DNA of 64,000 nt, from positions 3,904,001 through 3,968,000 of the forward strand of contig OZ245817.1 of the NCBI GenBank assembly GCA_965228475.1. Direction: 5' to 3'. Shown here in pieces: positions 45,925 through 56,015 of the stretch (the first letter of the stretch is position 1; each line of letters opens with the position of its first letter). Position numbers and translations under genes: made by a program. The stretch is from Myxococcota bacterium (lineage in GTDB: Bacteria; Myxococcota_A; UBA9160; JAFDDA01). Under the pieces are notes generated by a model. That model made no database searches, had not been told where the DNA came from, and saw only the letters and a list, made by a program, of their open reading frames with translations.

Positions 45925-47777
45925 CCGGGGAAGAGAGCCCGACCGCCGTCTACGCGGAGCGTCTGGCCCACTGGCACGGCGAAGGCGAGGGCCTGGCCCG
46001 CGTGGCGAGCCTCTTCTCGAACGCGCGCCTCGCGGTCTTCTTCGTCCTCGTCGTCCTGGCCTGGTTCACCCTCGGCGTCCGGACCCTTCACCCGGGCTGG
46101 CTCGCGCCGGCGGCCCTCGGCTTCGTGGCCCTGGTGGTCGGCCACGATCGCGTGCTTCGACGCAAGGAACATGCGGAGCGCGCGGCCCGCTACTACGCGG
46201 CCGGGCTGGCCCGCATCGCCGACCCGCTCGACCCGGCTGGCTCGGGGCCCGACGGTGCGGGCTTCCTCGATGCCGAGCACCCCTACGCCCCGGACCTCGA
46301 CCTGTTCGGCCCGGCTTCGCTGTTCGCCCTGCTCTGCCGCGCCCGCTCGCGCGCCGGGCGCGAGACCCTCGCGGCCTGGCTTTGCGAGCCGGCCGATCCC
46401 GAGACCCTGCGCGAACGGCAGCGCGCCGTCGCCGAACTCGCCCGCGACCTCGACTTCCGCGAGTCCCTGGCGCTGATCGACGTCGGGGGCGACGACGCGG
46501 AGACGGCCTTCGCCGTCGACCGCTTCGTGGCGTTCTGCAAGGCGCCCGCGATCGGCCCCACCCGCTTCCTTCGCATCTTCGGCGCGCTGCTCTCGCTGGC
46601 CTCGGTGCTCGCGCTCGCGGGCGGCGCGGTGGCCTTCGGAACGGGCGCACTCGGGTTCGCTTCTCCGCTGCTCGCGGCCCAGGCCATCTTCTTCGCCTGG
46701 CTCGGCGGGCGGCGGCGCGCGGTCCTCTCCTCCGTCGAAAAAGCCACGGGAGATCTCTCGCCGCTCGCGAAGCTCGTCGAGCGGCTCGAGGACGCGCGCT
46801 TCGAGAGCCCGCTGCTCGTCGCCCTGCGCGATCGGATCGAGACCGGGGGCGTCCCGGCCTCCCGACAGCTCGCGCGCCTGCGCCGGGCCATCGATCTGTG
46901 CGACGCGCGGCGCAACCAGATGTACTGGGTGCCGCCGATCGGGCCGCTGCTCGGCCTCGTCACCCAGGCCGCCCTCTCCATCGAGGCCTGGCGCGCCCGG
47001 GCCGGCGCGGACGCGGCGGACTGGATCCGCGTGATCGGGGAGCTCGAAGCCCTCTCCTGCCTCGCCACCCAGGCCTACGAGCATCCGGCGGATCGCTTTC
47101 CCGAGATCGTGGAGCGCGGCGCCGTCTTCGAGGCCGAGGGGCTCGGCCACCCCCTGCTCGCCGAGGAAGCGAGCATCCGCAACGGCGTGCACCTGTGCGC
47201 CGGCGCCGGGGACGGGGAAGCGGGGAACGAACCGGCCGTCCTGGTCGTTTCGGGCTCGAACATGTCGGGCAAGAGCACGCTGCTTCGCTCCGTCGGCACC
47301 AACGCCGTCCTCGCCCTCGCCGGCGGGCCCGTGCGCGCCACGCGGCTGCGGATCAGCCCGCTCCACGTCGGCGCCTCGATCCGCGTCCAAGACTCCCTGC
47401 GCGAGGGCGCCTCGCGCTTCTACGCGGAGATCCGCCGCATCGCCCAGGTCGTCGAGGCGACCGAGGGCGAGCAGCCCGTCCTGTTCCTGCTCGACGAGAT
47501 CTTCCACGGCACGAACTCGCACGACCGGCGGATCGGGGCCGAGGCGATCGTCCGACGGCTCGTCGCCCAGAACGCGATCGGCCTGGTGACCACCCACGAT
47601 CTCGCGCTCGCCAAACTCGCGGACGGACTCGCTCCCCGCGTCCGCAACGTGCACTTCGAAGATCAGCTCGTCGAAGGCCGCATCCACTTCGACTACCAGA
47701 TGCGGGAAGGCGTGATCACGCGGAGCAACGCGCTCGCCCTGATGCGCGCCGTGGGCCTCGACGTCCCGGACGCCTGA
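45921..47777 (+). CDS. MutS-related membrane protein (MutS domain V ATPase)
   Basis: SGSNMSGKSTLLR, SRFYAE, LLDEIFHGTNS, TTHDL; N-terminal TM segments. Confidence 0.9.
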   Translation: MTGEESPTAVYAERLAHWHGEGEGLARVASLFSNARLAVFFVLVVLAWFTLGVRTLHPGWLAPAALGFVALVVGHDRVLRRKEHAERAARYYAAGLARIADPLDPAGSGPDGAGFLDAEHPYAPDLDLFGPASLFALLCRARSRAGRETLAAWLCEPADPETLRERQRAVAELARDLDFRESLALIDVGGDDAETAFAVDRFVAFCKAPAIGPTRFLRIFGALLSLASVLALAGGAVAFGTGALGFASPLLAAQAIFFAWLGGRRRAVLSSVEKATGDLSPLAKLVERLEDARFESPLLVALRDRIETGGVPASRQLARLRRAIDLCDARRNQMYWVPPIGPLLGLVTQAALSIEAWRARAGADAADWIRVIGELEALSCLATQAYEHPADRFPEIVERGAVFEAEGLGHPLLAEEASIRNGVHLCAGAGDGEAGNEPAVLVVSGSNMSGKSTLLRSVGTNAVLALAGGPVRATRLRISPLHVGASIRVQDSLREGASRFYAEIRRIAQVVEATEGEQPVLFLLDEIFHGTNSHDRRIGAEAIVRRLVAQNAIGLVTTHDLALAKLADGLAPRVRNVHFEDQLVEGRIHFDYQMREGVITRSNALALMRAVGLDVPDA

Positions 47778-47838
47778 GGGCCACACGCCCGAGAGGCACC
47801 CGGCGCCCTCGCGCGCGCTCTGCTACTCACGCTGTCGC

Positions 47839-48729
47839 ATGAGAGCCTTCACGAAGCCGGCCGCCCTGCTCCTGCTCGGGTCCCTCGTGGCGTGCGCCGG
47901 CTCGCCGCCGCCCCGCTTCGTCCCCTACGACACCCCGCTCTCGTGGGAGGCCCTCGAGCCGGAGAGCGGCGCGCCGGTCTACCTCCTGGGCTCGATCCAC
48001 ATCGGCACGCCGGACATGGGCAAGCTCCATCCGGCGATCCACGAAGCCTACGAACGGTCGAGCGAGCTGGTCGTCGAGGTCGATCTCAACCGGAACCGCG
48101 ACGCCATGGCCGCGATCTACGCGAAGCGGGCCTACCTGCCGCCGGGCGAGCGGCTGCCCGATCGCGTTTCCGCCGAGACCTGGACCCGGCTGCGCGCCTG
48201 GCTCGCCGAACGCGGCCTCGAGACCGAACCCTACACGCGGCTCAAGCCCTGGGCCGTGATGCTGCGGCTCGCGGGCATGCAGTTCGAGGACTCCGGCTTT
48301 CCGACCCGCTACGGCGTCGACCGGCGCTTTCTCTCGAACGCCGGGCCGCGGCCGATCGTCGCCCTCGAGAGCTACGAGCTCCAGCTCGACCTCTACGACG
48401 GATTCCCCGACGACGTCCAGGAGATGATGCTCCGGGACTTCCTCGAACCCGAAGACCCCTACCAGACCCAGGCGCTCGTCGATGCCTGGCGCCAGGGCGA
48501 CGAGCGCACCTTCGTGCGGCTCCTGTTCCCCGAAGCGGACCGCTGGGAGGTCTACCGCGAGCGCTTCTTCTACGAGCGCAACGAGAACATGGCGCGGCGG
48601 ATCACCGAGCTCGCGCGCGACGGGCGCAGCCGCTTCGTCGTGCTCGGCGTGGGCCACATGGTCGGGCCCCGGGGCATCCCGGCCCTGCTCTCGGAGCACG
48701 GCTTCGAGGTCCGGCGCGTCACGCCGTAG
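47839..48729 (+). CDS. TraB/GumN family lipoprotein
   Basis: LVAC lipobox, YLLGSIH, ERNENM, GVGHMVG. Confidence 0.9.
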   Translation: MRAFTKPAALLLLGSLVACAGSPPPRFVPYDTPLSWEALEPESGAPVYLLGSIHIGTPDMGKLHPAIHEAYERSSELVVEVDLNRNRDAMAAIYAKRAYLPPGERLPDRVSAETWTRLRAWLAERGLETEPYTRLKPWAVMLRLAGMQFEDSGFPTRYGVDRRFLSNAGPRPIVALESYELQLDLYDGFPDDVQEMMLRDFLEPEDPYQTQALVDAWRQGDERTFVRLLFPEADRWEVYRERFFYERNENMARRITELARDGRSRFVVLGVGHMVGPRGIPALLSEHGFEVRRVTP

Positions 48730-48750
48730 CCGCGCTCCTGCGAGCTCGTC

Positions 48751-49344
48751 CTAGGGAAGACGCGCGATTGCTTCGCCGAAGCGTCCGTAGATGCTCGCCA
48801 GGGCTCGGCCGAACGCATCGACGGTCGCATCCATCGACGCGTCCGCGGCGGCCTCGCGAACCTCGTAGCGCTCGCTCAGCCGGACCTCCCGCGTATCGAG
48901 ATCGCGCAGCGTGAGTTCGACTTCGACGACGGCGCGGGCCGAGCCTCCGCCGGCGACGCGCTCGAAGCGGTAGAGGTACCCGGAGACGCGATGGCGGGCG
49001 TCGGCGCGCACTTCGGGCAGGACCGCGCGCTCCGCGTGGCCGCCCTCGCGCAGGAAGGTGGCGAGGCTCTGCTGCACCAGGGTCGCGGGCGGATCGGACC
49101 AGAAGTGGTAGGCCGACTTCTCGAGCCGGCCCTCGCGGCCGGCATCCGCCGAGACGATGGCCCGGCCGCGCAGGACGGCACTCGCCTCGAGGCGCGAGAC
49201 GACGACGGTTCCGGACAGCGCGGCTTCGCTGCGTTCCGCCGGCGCCGGCACCGCGAGCCGATGGAAGGCATCCCGCGGCGGCGGCGACCCGGCACAGGAA
49301 ACGAGCCCCATCGCCAGGGCGAGCGCTGCGAACCCCCTCGTCAC
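48751..49344 (-). CDS. PqiC-like ABC transport auxiliary lipoprotein
   Basis: LVSC lipobox, YHFWSDPP; last gene of MCE operon. Confidence 0.85.
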   Translation of the reverse strand: MTRGFAALALAMGLVSCAGSPPPRDAFHRLAVPAPAERSEAALSGTVVVSRLEASAVLRGRAIVSADAGREGRLEKSAYHFWSDPPATLVQQSLATFLREGGHAERAVLPEVRADARHRVSGYLYRFERVAGGGSARAVVEVELTLRDLDTREVRLSERYEVREAAADASMDATVDAFGRALASIYGRFGEAIARLP

Positions 49345-50255
49345 GGCGAGCCTTCCTCGTCCGCCGAGGCGCCGTTGCCGCGGATCAGCACCGCGGGGTT
49401 GCGCCGCAGCTGGCCGCTGAACTCGTCCATGTTGTGCGAGGCGGATTCGAGGCTCGCCGTGATCTCGTCGATCCGGCTCGCGATGGCCTCGAGGGTGTGC
49501 TCGAGATCCTGGATCATGCGTTCGACGCCGTCAGTGTTGTTCGTCACGAGCCCGTTCACGCTGCCGACCATGCCGTCGACCTGGGAGAGGCTCGACTCGA
49601 GGTGCGTCGTCAGCTCGCCGAGGTTCGCAGAGGCGGCCGAGAGGTTGCCGATCATCGTGTCGATCTCGCCGGTGTTCTCGGTCGAGAAGACCGCCGTCAC
49701 CTGGGCGGTCACGCGTGCGAGGTCCTCGGTCACGACCTCGAGGTTGGCGAGGATCTCGGGCGTCGCCGTGGCCACGGCCGAGAGGAGCGGCCGGATCTCG
49801 TTCTCGAGCAGGCCCTCGACCTCTCCGGTCAGCGTCGCGACGAAGCCGAAGAGCGATTGGAGATCCCGGCCGGCGAACTCCGAGCCGGGCTCGAGGAACG
49901 TCTCGCTCTGTCCCGCGCGGATGTCGACGGTGATCGAAGCCAGCAGGCTCGGCTCGGTGATCCACGCGACCGAGTCCTCGGGGATCCGGGTGCCGCGGTC
50001 CACGGCGAAGGTCACGCGATAGCGGCCCTTCTCGGGGTCTTCGCTCGGCGCGACCTCGACCACCTGGCCGACCCGGTAGCCCTCGAAGAGGAGCTGGGTC
50101 CCGGGCACGACGCCCATCACGTTGTCGTAGTGCGTGTAGTAGGGGTCCGTCGCGCCGGTGCGGCCCGTGAGGATGGCGAGCACCCCGACGAAGACCACGA
50201 TCATCGCCGCCACGAAGGCGCCGACGGCGACGTAGTTCACTCTCGGGCTTCTCAT
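49341..50255 (-). CDS. mlaD: MlaD/MCE family protein
   Basis: N-terminal TM, GYRVGQV MCE domain, helical tail ending RRNPAVLIRG. Confidence 0.88.
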   Translation of the reverse strand: MRSPRVNYVAVGAFVAAMIVVFVGVLAILTGRTGATDPYYTHYDNVMGVVPGTQLLFEGYRVGQVVEVAPSEDPEKGRYRVTFAVDRGTRIPEDSVAWITEPSLLASITVDIRAGQSETFLEPGSEFAGRDLQSLFGFVATLTGEVEGLLENEIRPLLSAVATATPEILANLEVVTEDLARVTAQVTAVFSTENTGEIDTMIGNLSAASANLGELTTHLESSLSQVDGMVGSVNGLVTNNTDGVERMIQDLEHTLEAIASRIDEITASLESASHNMDEFSGQLRRNPAVLIRGNGASADEEGSP

Positions 50256-50271
50256 CGGTGCCAGGCCCGCT

Positions 50272-51096
50272 TCATCGTCTCGCCCCGCTGCCGGTCAGGC
50301 GGCTCAGGTACTCGTTCGGATCCACCTGCTGGGGTTCCGCCCGCCGGTGGATGAGGTTCTGGATGCGCTCGTTCGGACTGTTGCGAATCGCTTCCGGCGA
50401 GTCGACGACGAGGATCTTCCCCCGGTCCAATACGGTGATCCGGTCGGCGATCTTGAACGCGCTTTCAACCTCGTGGGTGACCACCACGATCGTCATGCCG
50501 AGCGCCTCGCGGAGCTTCAGGATCAGGTCGTCGAGCGCCGAGGCCACGACGGGATCGAGCCCGGAGCTCGGCTCGTCGCAGAAGAGGATCTTCGGGTCCA
50601 TGATGATGGCCCGGGCCATGGCGGCCCGCTTCACCATGCCGCCCGAGAGCTCCGAGGGCATCAGGTCCTCGAAGCCCGCGAGATCGACCAGCTCGAGCTT
50701 GAGCCGCATCATGATCTCCATCGTCTTCGGGTCGAGCTCGGCGAGCTCCTCGAGCGGGAGCATGATGTTCTCGCCGACGGTCATCGAGCTGAAGAGCGCG
50801 CCGGTCTGGAAAGCCACGCCCATCTTGCGGCGGAGCGCGGCGCTGCGCTCCGGGTCGAGCCGCGCGATGTCCTCCCCGAGCACGCGGATGCGACCCTCGG
50901 CGGGGATCTCGAGGCCCATCACGTGGCGCAGCAGCGTGCTCTTGCCCGAGCCGCTGCCGCCCATGATGACCATGATCTCCCCGGCCCGGATCTCGAGGCT
51001 CACGCCCTTCAGGATCTCGCGGTCTCCGTAGCGGACGAAGACGTCGGTGGCCTCGATGACCGCACTCGTCTCGATGACCGGACTCGCCTCGCTCAT
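50272..51096 (-). CDS. mlaF: MlaF-like ABC transporter ATP-binding protein
   Basis: GGSGSGKST, LSGGM, CDEPSSGLDP. Confidence 0.92.
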   Translation of the reverse strand: MSEASPVIETSAVIEATDVFVRYGDREILKGVSLEIRAGEIMVIMGGSGSGKSTLLRHVMGLEIPAEGRIRVLGEDIARLDPERSAALRRKMGVAFQTGALFSSMTVGENIMLPLEELAELDPKTMEIMMRLKLELVDLAGFEDLMPSELSGGMVKRAAMARAIIMDPKILFCDEPSSGLDPVVASALDDLILKLREALGMTIVVVTHEVESAFKIADRITVLDRGKILVVDSPEAIRNSPNERIQNLIHRRAEPQQVDPNEYLSRLTGSGARR

Positions 51097-51902
51097 CCGA
51101 GGGTCGTCACCCAGACGAAGAGCATGTCGGTCAGGATGATGGCGGAGATCGCGTGGACGACCGTGCGGGTGGTCCGCTGGCCGACGCCCTCGGCGCCGCC
51201 CGTGACCGAGGCGCCGTTCACCACCGCGATCAGCACGATCAGCACGGCGAAGATCACGGACTTCGTCAGGCCGTGCAGGAAGTCCTCGGTGCGCAGGATC
51301 TCGAAGGTCTGGCTCACGTACACGGCGAGGTCGATGCCGAGCTCGGCCTGGACGTAGAGGCCCGCCGCGAGCTGGGCGATGACCATGCTGAAGAGGGTGA
51401 GCGCCGGCACCATCACGAGGGCCGCGACGAGCGGCGGGACGACCAGGAAGCGAACGGGGTCGACGCCCATCACGCGCAGGGCGTCCACCTCCTGGTTGAT
51501 GGTCATGGTCGCGAGGCGCGCCGCGAGCGCGGAGCCCGAGCGGCCCGCCACGAGGATCCCGGTGATGAGCGGAGCGAACTCGCGCGTCACGCCGAAGGCG
51601 ACCCCGATCACGACCTGAGCTTCGGCGCCGAAGGTGCGCAGCGTGTCGATGCCCTGCAGGGCCAGCATCAGGCCGATGGTCGCCGAGAGCAGCGTGGTGA
51701 TCGGCAGCGCGGCAATGCCGATCTGCATCATCTCCTCGACCGTCGCCGAGAGCCGCACGGGCTGCCCACGGAAGCGGCCGAGGCTCAGGTAGAAGGCGCT
51801 GCGGCCGAGCAGCCAGCCCGCCATGCCGAGCTCTTCGACGCCCTCGGTCGTGCGCCGGCCCACGCGCTCGAGCCACGCCTGGGAGCCCGGGCTAGCCGCC
51901 AT
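51093..51902 (-). CDS. mlaE: MlaE family ABC permease
   Basis: REFAPLITGILVAGRSGSA, EVDALRVMGVDP, GAEGVG. Confidence 0.93.
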   Translation of the reverse strand: MAASPGSQAWLERVGRRTTEGVEELGMAGWLLGRSAFYLSLGRFRGQPVRLSATVEEMMQIGIAALPITTLLSATIGLMLALQGIDTLRTFGAEAQVVIGVAFGVTREFAPLITGILVAGRSGSALAARLATMTINQEVDALRVMGVDPVRFLVVPPLVAALVMVPALTLFSMVIAQLAAGLYVQAELGIDLAVYVSQTFEILRTEDFLHGLTKSVIFAVLIVLIAVVNGASVTGGAEGVGQRTTRTVVHAISAIILTDMLFVWVTTLG

Positions 51903-52242
51903 CGGCGAGCGCTTCGTCGAGGGTTTCGTGGATGGTGAAGACCTGATCGAGGCGGGCGAGCTCGAAGACGCGGAGCGCCCCGGGGCTCACGGCGGCCAGG
52001 GCGAAGCCGGTGCCGCCCTTGCGCGCCTGCTGGAAGGCTTCGACGAGGCTCGCGATGCCCGAGCTGTCGATGTAGGACACCTCGGAGAGATCGACGACGA
52101 CGTCGCGGCGGGCCTCGACGTGGCGCAGCAGCACCTCGCGAGCGGTCGGCGAGTGCTCGAGATCGAACTCCCCGCGGAAGGACACCACACAGGTCGGACC
52201 GACCTCCCGGCTCTCGTGAGCGAACGCGGCGGCCTCGGTCAT
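51892..52242 (-). CDS. STAS anti-sigma-factor antagonist (RsbV/SpoIIAA-like)
   Basis: VVDLSEVSYIDSSGIASLV. Confidence 0.92.
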   Translation of the reverse strand: MTEAAAFAHESREVGPTCVVSFRGEFDLEHSPTAREVLLRHVEARRDVVVDLSEVSYIDSSGIASLVEAFQQARKGGTGFALAAVSPGALRVFELARLDQVFTIHETLDEALADGG

Positions 52243-53915
52243 CCCTGGATCCTCTTCTTCATGCGCAGCAGATTGCCCTCGCCGGTCTCCGGCACGCCGT
52301 ATTCCCGCTCGTCCATGAGTTCCTGGATGAAGTGGGTCCCGAGCCCGCCGGGCCGGACGTCCTCGAGCCGCCGCGGGCGGATGCGGCTCGGGTCGACGCG
52401 TTCCGCGAAGTCGCGAAGGTAGACGACGAGGTCGCCGCCGTCGCGGAGGATCGTGAGTTCGATCTCGCCGTCGGCGCCCCGGTAGGCGTGGCGGATCACG
52501 TTCTGGCAGGCCTCGTCGACGGCGAGCACGACGTCCTGGCTGCAGTCGCCGCCGGCTCCGACGGCCCGGCACGCGGCGAGCACGCGGCGGCGCACCTCGC
52601 CCAGGGCCTCGGCCCGGGCGGCGAAGCGGTGGGTCAGGAGCGACTCCTGCGCGGGCGGCTCGGCGGAGACGATCAGCCAGGTGACGTCGTCGCCCGCCCT
52701 GCCCTCGTGGGTCGTTCGCTGCACCAGCTCCGTCAGGCGTTCGCGGATGGGCAGGCTCGCGCACTCGTGGATGGCGCGCTCGATGCCGGCCAGGCCGAGT
52801 TCTTCGCCGGCTTCGTCGCGGACGTCCGTGGCGCCGTCCGTGAAGAGGTAGAGGGCGCCGGACGGGAACGAGAGCGTCACCTCCGGGAAGCCGGCCGGGA
52901 CGGGCCCGATGCCGAGGGGCGGGCCCCCGCTTTCGATGGCTTCGAGCGGCTTGCCCTCGGCCCCGTGGAAGGCCGGCGGGTGGCCGGCCAGGGCCAGGCG
53001 CACGCGGTCGAAGGCGGCGCCTTCCCCGCGCTCGAGACAGCCCACCGCCAGCGTCACGAACATCCCGCGCGTCGCGGTTTCGACGAGCTCCGAGTTCAAG
53101 CGCGCGAGGATCGCCCCCGGCGAGGGCTCCTCCCGCGCGATGCAGCGGAAGAGGCTCGCGGTCTTCGCCATCAGGAGCGCCGCGTTCGTGCCCTTGCCCG
53201 AGACGTCGCCGACGCAGAAGGGGATCCGAGGCCGCTCGCCCCCGCGCAGGTCGAGCCAGTCGTAGAAGTCGCCGGAGACGCCGCGGGCCGGAACGTTGGC
53301 GCCGACGATCGGGAACGGCGCCGGCCTCGGGTCGGGCAGCATGCTGCGCTGGATCTCGGCGGCGAGCTCCACTTCGCGGGCGAGCCGTTCGCGTTCGACC
53401 AGCGCCCGCGCCATGCGCGCGTTGTGCAGGGCGAGCGCCGCCGACGCCGCCAGAGCCGCGAGGAGCTGGCCGTCCTCCTCGGAGAAGAGACCGTCGCCGG
53501 ATTGCTTGTTCACCAGCTCGATGGCCCCGAGGCGCTGGTCGTGGACGCGCAGGGGCGCACACAGGATGGAGCGCGTGGTGAAGCCGGTCTCGGCGTCGAC
53601 GGCGGGCTCCCAGTTCGGGTCTTCGCGGACGTCGCGAACGAGTTCGAGGGAGTCGTCGCGGCAGCAGCGGCCGACGATGCCCTGATCGGCGGCGAGCCGG
53701 AGGCCCGTGATGCGGACCGGGCCGGTGCAGGCGCGGCAGACCAGCACCCGGCCTTCTTCTTCGAACAGGAAGAGCGCGCCGCCCTCCGCCCCGACCTGCT
53801 CGGCGATGCGCTCGACGGCGGCGACGAGCGTCGCCTCGAGCTCACCGGTCGAGGCGAACGAGCTCGAGAGTTCGGCAACGAGGCCGAGCGGGTCGAGGCC
53901 GTCCGGGCGAATCAC
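52239..53915 (-). CDS. GAF + PP2C (SpoIIE) phosphatase + RsbW-like HATPase kinase fusion
   Basis: TRSILCAPL GAF, SGDFYD, GDVSGKG, FTDG, DDVT; AVDEACQNVIRHAY, GGLGTHFI. Confidence 0.9.
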   Translation of the reverse strand: MIRPDGLDPLGLVAELSSSFASTGELEATLVAAVERIAEQVGAEGGALFLFEEEGRVLVCRACTGPVRITGLRLAADQGIVGRCCRDDSLELVRDVREDPNWEPAVDAETGFTTRSILCAPLRVHDQRLGAIELVNKQSGDGLFSEEDGQLLAALAASAALALHNARMARALVERERLAREVELAAEIQRSMLPDPRPAPFPIVGANVPARGVSGDFYDWLDLRGGERPRIPFCVGDVSGKGTNAALLMAKTASLFRCIAREEPSPGAILARLNSELVETATRGMFVTLAVGCLERGEGAAFDRVRLALAGHPPAFHGAEGKPLEAIESGGPPLGIGPVPAGFPEVTLSFPSGALYLFTDGATDVRDEAGEELGLAGIERAIHECASLPIRERLTELVQRTTHEGRAGDDVTWLIVSAEPPAQESLLTHRFAARAEALGEVRRRVLAACRAVGAGGDCSQDVVLAVDEACQNVIRHAYRGADGEIELTILRDGGDLVVYLRDFAERVDPSRIRPRRLEDVRPGGLGTHFIQELMDEREYGVPETGEGNLLRMKKRIQG

Positions 53916-55804
53916 GACTCGTCTCCACCCAGGCCGTCTCCACCCAGACCATCCCCACCCAGATGGAGGGCGGCCAGGCTGATGTCGTCGTGGGGTTCGA
54001 TGGCGCCGGCGAAGGCGGCGAGGCGGCGGCGCAGACCGGCGAGCAGATCCGCTGCGCCCTCGCAGGCCAACGCGTCGACGGCGGCGGCGAGCCGCTCGCG
54101 TCCGAACTCCTCGCCCGCGGCGTTGCGCATCTCGGCGGCCCCGTCGGTGGCGAGCACCAGCCAGTCGCCGTCCTCGAGCGAGACTTCCCGGGCCGGGAAC
54201 TCGGCCTCGGGGAGGATCGCCAGCGGCGGTCCGGTCGCGTCGAGCGTGCGCACGGTGCCGTCGGCGCGGCGCAGGAGCGGCGGCTCGTGACCCGCCGAGG
54301 CGTAGACGATCCGCTCCTTGCGCGGCGCGACCACGCCGACGAAGAGCGTCACGAAGCGGCCGCGCTGGACGTCCGCCGCGAGCAGCGCGTTCAACCGCGC
54401 CATCACCGCCGGCAGATCCGTCGACTGCGCGAGCAGGCCGCGCAGGAAGGCGCGGGCCGTCGCCATCACGAGGGCGGCGCCCACGCCGTGGCCCGAGACG
54501 TCGCCGATCACGACGAGCCACTCGCCGGTGGGTTCGCCGTCGGCGCCGAGGCGCGGCCAGAAATCGACGTAGTCGCCGCCGGCGCCCGAGCAGGCCATGG
54601 AGCGCGCCGCGAGCTGGAGGCCGCCCTCGACGTCCTCGGCCCGGACGTCCTCGGGGACGAAGGATTGCTGGATGTCGCGCGCCACGGCGAGCGCCTGGTG
54701 CGCCTCCGCCGCTGCGACGGACTCCTCGCGCAGCTCGGCGTTCCAGATCGCGACGGCCGCCTGATTCGCCACGATCTGCGCGACGAAGAGATCTTCGGGC
54801 CCGAGCTCCTTGCCGTCGGCGCGGTCGTTCAGGTTGAGCACGCCGAGCACCTCCCCCCGCAGCACGAGGGGAACGCACACGGCGCTCTTGTTCCGGTAGT
54901 CGTGGCCGTGGGCGCCGACGCCGGGGACGTCCCCGCGCAGCGTCTCGATGTCTTCGACGAGCAGCGGCTCGGCCGTCTCGGCGCAGTAGCCCGCCACCCC
55001 CTCGCCGAAGGGGATGCGCGTCGTCGCGACGACCTCGCTCGGGATGCCGACGGCGGCCTGCATGCGAAGCACCCGCTCCCCCGGCTCGCGCAGGAGCAGC
55101 GAGCCGCGCCGCGCGCCGAGCAGCGCCGTCGTGTGCTGCACGATCCCTTCGAGGATCTCGTCGAGGCTGCCCGCGCCGGTGAGCGAGTCGGTGACGAGCT
55201 GGATCACCGAGAGCGCGCCGTTGCGCGCTTCGAGCGAGAGCACGTGCTCCTGGAGCGAGGACAGCGTCTCCTGGAGACGCTGGTGTTCCGTCTGGGTGGC
55301 GGTCGCGTCCTCGGCGAGGAGCGCGAGGGCCGCCTGGTTCGCGAGCAGCACCGCCGCCTGCAGATTGCCCTCGTGGAACTCCGCGGGCCCACCGGTTGGG
55401 CCGCGCTTGTTCGAGAGGTTCACGACGCCGAGCACGTCGTCGCGCGCGCGCAGGGGAACGCAGAGCGCCGAAGATCCGGCGTAGACGCTCGCCGAGAGCG
55501 CGGCCCCGCGCGAAGCCGCCGCGTGGGAGAGGAGCCGGGGCGTGCCGCTTGCGGCCACCTCGCCCGCGATCCCGTGCCCCACCAGCACGACCGTGCGCTC
55601 GACCACCCAGGGCGGGAGCCCCCGCGCCGCGCGGATGCGTAGCCGCCCGCGCCCGGCCCGCAGGAGGATCGAGCAGCGCTCGGCACCGGTCGCCGCGCAC
55701 ATTCCCTCGACCACCCCATCGAGGGTCGTCTGTAGATCGCCGCCGTCGATGATCGCCCCGCTGATGCGGGAGAGGTCGTCGACGAGGCGCTTCTCCTCGG
55801 CCAA
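53912..55804 (-). CDS. Tandem GAF + PP2C (RsbU-like) phosphatase (start uncertain)
   Basis: Two GAF domains, GGDYVD, GDVSGHG, AGH, TDG, DDIS. Confidence 0.88.
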   Translation of the reverse strand: MAEEKRLVDDLSRISGAIIDGGDLQTTLDGVVEGMCAATGAERCSILLRAGRGRLRIRAARGLPPWVVERTVVLVGHGIAGEVAASGTPRLLSHAAASRGAALSASVYAGSSALCVPLRARDDVLGVVNLSNKRGPTGGPAEFHEGNLQAAVLLANQAALALLAEDATATQTEHQRLQETLSSLQEHVLSLEARNGALSVIQLVTDSLTGAGSLDEILEGIVQHTTALLGARRGSLLLREPGERVLRMQAAVGIPSEVVATTRIPFGEGVAGYCAETAEPLLVEDIETLRGDVPGVGAHGHDYRNKSAVCVPLVLRGEVLGVLNLNDRADGKELGPEDLFVAQIVANQAAVAIWNAELREESVAAAEAHQALAVARDIQQSFVPEDVRAEDVEGGLQLAARSMACSGAGGDYVDFWPRLGADGEPTGEWLVVIGDVSGHGVGAALVMATARAFLRGLLAQSTDLPAVMARLNALLAADVQRGRFVTLFVGVVAPRKERIVYASAGHEPPLLRRADGTVRTLDATGPPLAILPEAEFPAREVSLEDGDWLVLATDGAAEMRNAAGEEFGRERLAAAVDALACEGAADLLAGLRRRLAAFAGAIEPHDDISLAALHLGGDGLGGDGLGGDES

Positions 55805-56015
55805 GGCGGAGGACTCCTCGAGTTGTTGGCATTCTAGGGCCCCTTCCCGTATCGGAACGGCCCCTCGTGCCCAAGAGCCCAAAGCCCGCGATCCGTAGCC
55901 GACAAAACGGCGCAAATCAGGGGACTTCGGCTACGCGGCCGCGCTCGGCTGTGGGTGATGCCCCTCCCTCCAGCGGAGGGAACGGGGAACGAGGCGGGGT
56001 CGGCGTTCGGCGGCC

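Noticed and set aside
32325..47777. Long ORFs 32325-35690, 38638-42150 and the 5' part of 43941-47777
   Set aside because: Antisense or off-frame to well-supported genes; real starts are at 35067 and 45921.
53921..53963. Three 15-bp tandem repeats
   Set aside because: They encode a low-complexity LGGDG tail of the phosphatase; probably slippage with no further signal.
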